DNA of 64,000 nt from Clostridia bacterium. GTDB lineage: Bacteria > Bacillota > Clostridia > JAAYHZ01. Where the stretch lies: contig JBMNIH010000006.1 of the NCBI GenBank assembly GCA_050950825.1, positions 160,001-224,000 on the forward strand, written 5' to 3'. The notes under the pieces are model-generated. The model saw nothing but the letters and a program-made list of their open reading frames with translations. It was not told the origin of the DNA and searched no databases. Positions within the stretch are counted from its first letter, which is position 1. Each line of letters starts with the position of its first letter. Shown one piece after another: positions 57,075 to 64,000 of the stretch. The position numbers and the translations under genes were made by a program.

Positions 57075-58718
57075 TTATTCCATCTCCATAATCAATTTTG
57101 TCGAATACTTTTGTATATACCGGTTTAACAAAACATTTATACCGGTCGATACAACAAACAAATACACAGCCGTTATGACCAAGCTCGGTCTAAAAACCAA
57201 CGGAATGACGACAACAACTCCTCCCGCTACCAAAGCGGCCAGCATATTAAGCATGACATTAAAGTTCTGCTTTACCGCCGCTTGTTCGCTGTCCCATGTC
57301 AATTTCGGATTATGCATGTCAATGATAATTCCGGTCATGGAAGTCATCAGAATACCGTTTACCGATAGAATCAAAGCAAGCAGCAAAACGGTCCAAGGTA
57401 CTTTAAAGTACGCTAAGAAGCCTAATATCAAGATCATGGCAAACCAAGACAACCAAAAACCGCTCATGACCTTATGCCGGATTTGCCGTTCGATGGGAAC
57501 GGGCAAATACTTCATAACAAAAAGGTTGCTTCCTTCTCGAGATATGGATGTTGATGTAACGGCGTTTGCTGTTGATAAAAACATGGTAAAAGCGAAGATG
57601 GCCACCAAAAAGAGATTTTCATATTCGGAAGCCATTTGGCTAAGGCTTTCGATGGAGCTTGCCAAATCTCCTTGAGCAACCATAGGAATTATGAAAAATA
57701 TGGGGATTAAAAAATTGCCCATAACACAATTCAAAAAGTAGATGGGCGTGCGTATTAAAAGACGTATTTCTTTTAATACATAGGAGTTCATGATGCTTTT
57801 GCGGTAGACATTTTTGTTAAGACTTTCTACGTCCAACTTTTCACGTTTTGCCGAAGATTCGTTGATACCGATGACTCCCTTGAAATACAAGAGTTTTCCG
57901 AGAGCCATAAATATTAAAAAGATCAAACCGGCAGAAAGGAAAAACAACAGCAAATACAAAAGGCCGCTCCAAGTATTATACTCCGTTAAGGATTTTACCG
58001 CAAAATTGACCCCGGGTATTAAGATGCTAATTTTTTCCATAGTCTGCGTAAGACCGTTTAACATCTCCATAATCATGGTTTCGTCGTAAGTGACCATGGC
58101 AAAACGCTGCATACCGATGCTCACGCCTATCCCTAAGAAAAGAGCAAGAATCCCGGTAATGTACTTAAACTTGTCGCGGTTCCTCGCAAATCCGGTAAAT
58201 CGCATAATAACCAATATGGGCATAGACGCAAGGCTCAACGGGATAATCGGCATAACCAGAAATATAAGGGCGGAATAGAGAGCATATATGGGACCGGCTG
58301 CAATGCCTAACCCGTATCCGATGAGAAACGGCAGCAAAATCACCAGCATGACCAAGTATTCGTAAACCAAGACCGTAACAAACTTGGAAGAAAGAATCTG
58401 CCACGCTTTAAGAGGCAAGGTCAATATGAATTCAATGTCTTTTGAAAAATAAAAGACACCTAAAACATAAAACAAACCGAAAAAGAATATGACAAAGGCT
58501 CCCGATATCAATCCGCTGTGAAGTACCGTGGATTGAGCTCCGATGGGCTGTAAAAACAGCGTCATGGAAAAGGCGCTAAACCCTATTTGAAAGCTAAGCG
58601 GAAGAAAACCGATAACTAGAATCGGTATAAGCCAATAATTATTTTTCTTTTTGCTTGATATGGTCAAACTGTTTCCGCTTCGAAAAAATACTCGTATCAG
58701 TGTCCAAACTTTATCCAT
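57075..58718 (-). CDS. ABC-2 type transporter permease
   Basis: FYFSKDIEFILTLP, KEIRLLIRTP, SISREG, PKLTWDSE; downstream of an ABC ATPase. Confidence 0.85.
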   Translation of the reverse strand: MDKVWTLIRVFFRSGNSLTISSKKKNNYWLIPILVIGFLPLSFQIGFSAFSMTLFLQPIGAQSTVLHSGLISGAFVIFFFGLFYVLGVFYFSKDIEFILTLPLKAWQILSSKFVTVLVYEYLVMLVILLPFLIGYGLGIAAGPIYALYSALIFLVMPIIPLSLASMPILVIMRFTGFARNRDKFKYITGILALFLGIGVSIGMQRFAMVTYDETMIMEMLNGLTQTMEKISILIPGVNFAVKSLTEYNTWSGLLYLLLFFLSAGLIFLIFMALGKLLYFKGVIGINESSAKREKLDVESLNKNVYRKSIMNSYVLKEIRLLIRTPIYFLNCVMGNFLIPIFFIIPMVAQGDLASSIESLSQMASEYENLFLVAIFAFTMFLSTANAVTSTSISREGSNLFVMKYLPVPIERQIRHKVMSGFWLSWFAMILILGFLAYFKVPWTVLLLALILSVNGILMTSMTGIIIDMHNPKLTWDSEQAAVKQNFNVMLNMLAALVAGGVVVVIPLVFRPSLVITAVYLFVVSTGINVLLNRYIQKYSTKLIMEME

Positions 58719-58791
58719 TCCTCTAAGGGTTCCGGATATCCGAAAAGAATCCGAACCCTCTCCACCTCCTTTGTACCGCTTCCGAATACCG

Positions 58792-59514
58792 TTAGGCGTT
58801 GGTCATCTCTAAGAACATTTTTTCCAAAGAAGCATCCGTCTTCGCGAATTTTTTCATGTTATCCAATGTACCTGTAAATAGTATTTTACCCTTATTAATA
58901 ACACTGATCATATCGCAGACCTTTTCGGCTACTTCCAATACATGGGTCGAGAAAAATACCACATTCCCTTTATCCGCATGCTCGCGCATCATTTCCTTAA
59001 GTTCAAAAGAAGATTTCGGATCCAACCCGGTCATAGGCTCGTCCAATATCCAAACCTTCGGTTTGTGAATCAAAGCACCCATCAATATGATTTTTTGCCG
59101 CATACCGTGCGAATAACTTTGAATCTGGTCGCCCAAGGCGTTCTGCATGCCGAATCGTTCGGCTAATACTTTGATGTCTTGGCTACGGTCGCTTTTCGGT
59201 ACATCGTACATGTCCGCCATAAAGTTTAAATATTCCAAACCCTTCAGCCGCAAGAATATATTCGGATCGTCCGGAACGAATCCGATTTTCTTTTTGGCCT
59301 CAACGGGGTTTTTAAGAATGTCGGTTCCGTCTACCTCTATGGTTCCTTTATCCGGAAGAATAATTCCGGTAATCAGTTTTATCAATGTGGTTTTACCTGC
59401 ACCGTTCGGTCCTAAAAATCCGAATATGGCTCCATCGGGGATTTCCAACGTGACGGAATCCACCGCTTTTACACCGGAACCGTAAGTTTTTGAAACGTTA
59501 TTAATTCGAATCAT
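58792..59514 (-). CDS. ABC transporter ATP-binding protein
   Basis: GPNGAGKT, YSHGMRQK, ILDEP, STH motifs. Confidence 0.95.
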   Translation of the reverse strand: MIRINNVSKTYGSGVKAVDSVTLEIPDGAIFGFLGPNGAGKTTLIKLITGIILPDKGTIEVDGTDILKNPVEAKKKIGFVPDDPNIFLRLKGLEYLNFMADMYDVPKSDRSQDIKVLAERFGMQNALGDQIQSYSHGMRQKIILMGALIHKPKVWILDEPMTGLDPKSSFELKEMMREHADKGNVVFFSTHVLEVAEKVCDMISVINKGKILFTGTLDNMKKFAKTDASLEKMFLEMTNA

Positions 59515-59538
59515 ACAAAACCTCTCAAGTTGTAAAAA

Positions 59539-60288
59539 TTATAATATACCGGCAAATTGCAAATACCGGTGTATGATTTCTTGCCCGTACAGCATTGAAA
59601 TCAAAATTCCAATCGCCAAAAAAGGTCCGAAGGGAATTTTGTCTTTTCGTTCTCTCTTTTTCAATAGAATCAAGATCATACCGAGAACACCTGCAATTAA
59701 ACAAGCGATAAAGAATGCAGTCAAAACATTTTTCCAACCTAAAAACAAACCGGCAGCCGCCATCAGCTTGATATCGCCGCCTCCCATGCCGCCCTTCGAT
59801 ACCATTGCAATGAGCAGCATAGGAATGCTGACCGCAAAGAAGCCGATCAGGCTTTCCGTCCATTTCAAGCTCGAGTCTAGCAGGATGTTGAGAACACCTA
59901 ATCCGATTATAAGCAAAACGGCACCGTTGGGTATTTCCTGAGTATCCAAATCGATGAAGGAAATGACCACCAGTACCGAGCATAAAATCATCTTGGGAAT
60001 AACGTGAGCAACCGGTCCGTAGTGAAGATAACAGAGTAAAAATAGCAAGGAATTTAAAAGCTCAACCGAAGGATAGCGAAAAGAAATCTTTTCACCGCAA
60101 TATCGGCATTTTCCTCTTAAAAAAAGAAAACTGAAAATCGGTACCAAATCATAGACTTTCAGCTTGGTATTACACTTTGTACAATGGGAAGGACCGATTA
60201 CAATTGATTCCTTTCTCGGGATACGGTATATGCAAACATTCAAAAAGCTGCCCACAATCAAGCCGATTACCCAAATCAATACTTCCAT
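59539..60288 (-). CDS. pilD: Prepilin peptidase (A24, PilD/ComC-like)
   Basis: GSFLNVCIYRIP, two CxxC, FIDL, GMGGGDIKL, IPFGPFL. Confidence 0.92.
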   Translation of the reverse strand: MEVLIWVIGLIVGSFLNVCIYRIPRKESIVIGPSHCTKCNTKLKVYDLVPIFSFLFLRGKCRYCGEKISFRYPSVELLNSLLFLLCYLHYGPVAHVIPKMILCSVLVVISFIDLDTQEIPNGAVLLIIGLGVLNILLDSSLKWTESLIGFFAVSIPMLLIAMVSKGGMGGGDIKLMAAAGLFLGWKNVLTAFFIACLIAGVLGMILILLKKRERKDKIPFGPFLAIGILISMLYGQEIIHRYLQFAGIL

Positions 60289-60350
60289 ATATGCTCACTT
60301 TCAAGTTCGTTTTTATATATTATATCACATTCATCGGTCCTTGCAAGGAT

Positions 60351-61262
60351 TTACAGCCACCGACCTATTTCCCTTCTCATAAAAGTTTTCTTTAAGAATA
60401 TATAAAGAGAAAGCCAACATAACAGGATGATATATCCGCAGACGGCGTATACGGGATTTAAAATCATAGCCGCTACGGCAATCACGGGATACAATATAAG
60501 TCTTGTAAAGAACTTCAGAACATCGCTTTTTGCGATTACCTTCGCCACGCTTTCACCGTTGTCGTAATAGAATCTTATAAAAGATCGGCCTAACTCGAAC
60601 CGGCTTAAGAATTCATCACGAAATCTTCGCAACAGCATAACCCCGGGTTCTTGGTAGCTGCCATAAGAAGCGGTGGCAACCACGCAGAATGTGGAGTAAT
60701 CCAACTGCGGTATCTCGGTAATGACAGATACGCTTCGGTATTCTAAAGCGGGACCTTTCTCCGCTCCCTCTATAACCATATTCTTACCTAGGTTTCGAAG
60801 ATCAACACCATTGGTTAAGCTGTAATTAGCCGAAGCGCCGGATACCTCAAACTGCAGTAAACGATTCATGACATTTCCCTTCGAATCGGTACCGCGGCGA
60901 AATTCGATCGTTAAGTCGGCTTCGTTGTTTAAAACGGCCGTTATCGCTTTTCCGTTGTCGTCTACATAGCGTATGTAAATATCGTTATCCTCACCCCAGA
61001 TATATATATTTTCGTCATTGAATTTAGTGGGCGGTGCAGTTAGTATTTCACACTTGTAGATGGTTTTCACTTGGTTTTTCAGATATCGCGACACCCCTCG
61101 AACCTCGTTTTGCACAATCCATCGCTGCTCGTAATTGGTAAACGAATTGTGGGCATAAAAGTACAAGGTATATCCGATACCCAAAACAATTAACAAGAGG
61201 GCAATAACGATAAGAAGCTCGATCAACGTGATTCCTTTTTTATTCATAAATTTCGTTTTCAT
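60351..61262 (-). CDS. Pilin-like protein with a C-terminal CFI-box-CTERM-like domain
   Basis: Class III signal KKG|ITLIELLIV; C-terminal FCVVATASYGS...LRRFRDEFL...GRSFIRFYY followed by hydrophobic helices. Confidence 0.8.
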   Translation of the reverse strand: MKTKFMNKKGITLIELLIVIALLLIVLGIGYTLYFYAHNSFTNYEQRWIVQNEVRGVSRYLKNQVKTIYKCEILTAPPTKFNDENIYIWGEDNDIYIRYVDDNGKAITAVLNNEADLTIEFRRGTDSKGNVMNRLLQFEVSGASANYSLTNGVDLRNLGKNMVIEGAEKGPALEYRSVSVITEIPQLDYSTFCVVATASYGSYQEPGVMLLRRFRDEFLSRFELGRSFIRFYYDNGESVAKVIAKSDVLKFFTRLILYPVIAVAAMILNPVYAVCGYIILLCWLSLYIFLKKTFMRREIGRWL

Positions 61263-61266
61263 AATA

Positions 61267-62877
61267 TCACCAAGTAGAGACGGTGTTCAACGTTCCGCCG
61301 CCTTTATTAATTACTTGCCAATTGGAAATTCCGGATTGAGAATACAGGATTCTTCCTCCGGTTGTTACTGCAAAGAAATATCCGTTAAACCAATCAATAT
61401 CATTTATCGGAGCCGATACCCCCGTATTGTATTCGTCCCAACTCAAAGTGAAAATCCACCAATTGTTTTCTCTTAGACCGGCCGAATATCGAATCCTTCC
61501 GTTGGACTGCCCAATAAGAAAATAGGAATCGTCCCATCCCACAGATACAAATTCAAAAGTTTTTGAGAACGTTTCTGTTACGACTTCAATATCGCTCCAA
61601 GTTACACCTGTATCGGTATACATGAGGTATGAAGTATATTGATCAAAATATATTAAATATGTTCCTTTTCTTGGCTTTCCAACGGCAATAAACTTGTTAT
61701 ATTTAAAAGTAATGTCCGTTAAATCATTACCACCGTTGATTGTCGGACCGACTGTCCAACTCAAACCGTCCGGCGACCGAAGCGTGACGCCGCCTTGCCC
61801 GATTACTACGAATGTATTGTTGCCGTAGGCAATTCCTGTTAAATTCTTGGTGGTACCGGATGAAACGGACAACCAGTTCTTGCCGTCATTCGACCTTAAG
61901 ATTTGTCCACCGTCGCCTACGGCAATATAAACAGATTGCTCTTCGCTGTATATAATATCTCGTATGGTATTTGTCTTATCCTGAGGGGTTACGGCTTTTT
62001 GCCAATTGGTATCGTTTGTTCTGTAGTAAATAACTCCGTTCTGACCTCCTACAACATACATGCCCTTTCTGTATTCGGAAGCATAGATTTGATTGCTGAT
62101 ACTCGGGAACTTCGTATCCGATATCCAATAACCGGGTTCGCAAGAGACAAAAACTCTTCCGCTGTCACCGGCGGCTAAGTAAAAAGGTAATCCTATGGTT
62201 ATTTGGGTATACAATACCTCGTCTTGCCTGCTTCCGTCCGGCAATTGAAACACGTTCGGGGTAATTATCTCAATGGTATAAGGAGATCCGGATGCGGTCA
62301 AAACGCCGCTTCCCGTGGTACGCAACCCGATATAGGCTTCGTAAGAATTTATTACATCGGCAAATACGCCTGCGCCTTCGACACTCATGCCGTTTTTATC
62401 CCTTATTCTGTATTGGGTCGACATATTTTGAAAATGTGTATCACTGCCTCTGATTAAAATATAGCGCATATCCCCCGAATAATTGCCGTTTTTATCTTTC
62501 GGTCCGTATCCTTCGCTTAGCGCAAAGGGACCGTTGGATATGTAGGAATCATAAGCAACAAAGGTAGAGTATTCTCCTTCCTCGATCATCCAACCGCGAA
62601 TAGGAGGTCGCTCGGTATCTTCGCTTAAATATTTCACGGGAACAAGACGAGTGTCCGGTGATATCCTGTTTTCGGCTAAACCTTGTTCCAATCGATAAGC
62701 ATTTTCCATTGCTCTCTCATTTAATTGCCCGGCCTCTACCAGCATAGAGAGTTGTTGAGCGAAATAAGGTGCAAAAATGGCAATAAGTAGCGCCAACAGT
62801 CCAAGCGCTACTATCATTTCCGTGAGAGTCATTCCTCGTTTATCTAAAATTGTTAGTTTTCGCTTCATGAAAGCCAC
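61267..62877 (-). CDS. Pilin-like protein with a C-terminal beta-propeller (BNR-like repeats)
   Basis: KRG|MTLTEMIV signal; repeats AVGDGGQILRSNDGKNW and VIGQGGVTLRSPDGLSW. Confidence 0.8.
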   Translation of the reverse strand: MAFMKRKLTILDKRGMTLTEMIVALGLLALLIAIFAPYFAQQLSMLVEAGQLNERAMENAYRLEQGLAENRISPDTRLVPVKYLSEDTERPPIRGWMIEEGEYSTFVAYDSYISNGPFALSEGYGPKDKNGNYSGDMRYILIRGSDTHFQNMSTQYRIRDKNGMSVEGAGVFADVINSYEAYIGLRTTGSGVLTASGSPYTIEIITPNVFQLPDGSRQDEVLYTQITIGLPFYLAAGDSGRVFVSCEPGYWISDTKFPSISNQIYASEYRKGMYVVGGQNGVIYYRTNDTNWQKAVTPQDKTNTIRDIIYSEEQSVYIAVGDGGQILRSNDGKNWLSVSSGTTKNLTGIAYGNNTFVVIGQGGVTLRSPDGLSWTVGPTINGGNDLTDITFKYNKFIAVGKPRKGTYLIYFDQYTSYLMYTDTGVTWSDIEVVTETFSKTFEFVSVGWDDSYFLIGQSNGRIRYSAGLRENNWWIFTLSWDEYNTGVSAPINDIDWFNGYFFAVTTGGRILYSQSGISNWQVINKGGGTLNTVSTW

Positions 62878-62881
62878 CCCT

Positions 62882-64000
62882 TTATTCTTCCAGTATAAAG
62901 GTCAAGTAATCGTCTACAACCGGCAGCACCAAATCGTTTGTATCGGTGATCCTGAAGAAGTAGTCCGTATCCGTACGCACATCGGCCAACCATGCCGTCA
63001 AATCAAAGGCATCTTCCGGTGTATCGCCCTTTCGAATGTAATATGCAGATCCCGGGGGTATATAACGGTCGGTAGGTAACAATCCTCGCCAATCTACCAT
63101 GTGTACACCGCCTACAAAGTATACTTTCATATAAACTCCGGGTTTTCCGGGAAGCGTGATTCCAAGATCGTCCGGTACTTGAAAAACGACCGTTCCATAA
63201 GCGGAATTGCCTATTCTTATATTCAATTCCTGTTTGAACACGACCACTTCCGCACCTATTAAAAGGCCCATTTCATCGTCGAATCGGTCCACATCCACCG
63301 TTTTATGAAAAACAATCATATTCCCGGCAATACCAACGAACTCGTCGTTATTCAAATAAAATGTATTATTGTCGGTTTTCATTTCGATGATACCGGCGGG
63401 ATCAAAATAACGGACCGTAATATTCCTCGTTGTCGAACCTCTTCTCACTTGTTGAGTAGTAACATTCGGTGCCAAAGAGTAATTAAAATGACCGGTTTCA
63501 TAATCATAAAACGGTACGGGCGCTTCATGACCTAGAATATAGGGCGCGGATGCCATGGAAACTCGTCGGGTTACACCGTTGCACGTGGCAAATGCTACAA
63601 ATCGAGTGCATCCGTATGCCGGGTCCGTTTTGTCATTGATTCTTTCTACCGTTACATCCACATATCCTATCGTTTCGTTGTTTTTTTTGTCCTCCGTAAA
63701 CTTCGTCCATTCGCTTTCCAGAACGAATGCTCCGTCCTCCATGTAATAAACTCTTTCCAAAGGGCCGTAAGGTTTGTTGTCGAAAGTGCTTTGCTTCCAA
63801 CTGTTTATTACGGCATCCAAATAAGATTTGGCCAAATATTCCGCTCTTTCGCCGTTTCGAATATTTTGTACTTGTATAACTTCCGCACTTGTATAGTTGT
63901 AAACGGCAGCCGCAAATAAGGGTACCACGGCTATTAACAAAAGCACCAGCGGCATCGCCCAACCTCTTTTATTCATCATGGCTTTTGTTAATCGGAGCAT
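62882..64000 (-). CDS. PilX/GspK-like minor pilin (start at or near the window edge)
   Basis: KRG|WAMPLVLLL signal lacking Glu5; RAEYLAKS motif typical of PilX N-termini. Confidence 0.65.
   Translation of the reverse strand: MLRLTKAMMNKRGWAMPLVLLLIAVVPLFAAAVYNYTSAEVIQVQNIRNGERAEYLAKSYLDAVINSWKQSTFDNKPYGPLERVYYMEDGAFVLESEWTKFTEDKKNNETIGYVDVTVERINDKTDPAYGCTRFVAFATCNGVTRRVSMASAPYILGHEAPVPFYDYETGHFNYSLAPNVTTQQVRRGSTTRNITVRYFDPAGIIEMKTDNNTFYLNNDEFVGIAGNMIVFHKTVDVDRFDDEMGLLIGAEVVVFKQELNIRIGNSAYGTVVFQVPDDLGITLPGKPGVYMKVYFVGGVHMVDWRGLLPTDRYIPPGSAYYIRKGDTPEDAFDLTAWLADVRTDTDYFFRITDTNDLVLPVVDDYLTFILEE

Noticed and set aside
56566-57675. 369-aa plus-strand ORF spanning the lipoprotein/permease junction
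   Set aside because: Ser/Thr/Ile-rich shadow of two well-supported minus-strand genes; no domain signal.

Overview
A 64-kb chromosomal segment of a spore-forming Clostridia-like firmicute (spoVM, a Spo0A-like regulator, a LysM/CAP spore protein), with most genes on the minus strand. Housekeeping blocks include maf-mreBCD-mrdA-minCD, iscS/iscU, rarA, glyA, a second desulfurase with thiI, nth, rpmB, a two-component system with htrA, a divergent type IIA topoisomerase pair and iorAB. These are interleaved with uncharacterised sugar-catabolic genes: a ceramidase-like amidase, DegT aminotransferase, DHDPS-family lyase, SDR, ROK regulator, heparinase II/III-like lipoprotein, BNR/sialidase-like protein, GH172-like protein and Gfo/Idh/MocA oxidoreductase. 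A type IV pilin-like cluster runs off the right end. The most striking structure is an ISLre2-like insertion (14592-16575) flanked by an exact 72-bp direct repeat that copies the -10 box and 5' UTR of an ABC exporter gene. The IS end supplies a new -35 (TTGACG) exactly 17 bp from the duplicated -10, while the native promoter now faces the transposase. The element also has a hairpin over the transposase RBS and a ~135-nt nested stem-loop in its long 3' non-coding region. No rRNA, tRNA or CRISPR array was seen. Family assignments come from motif recognition by eye, not from database searches.
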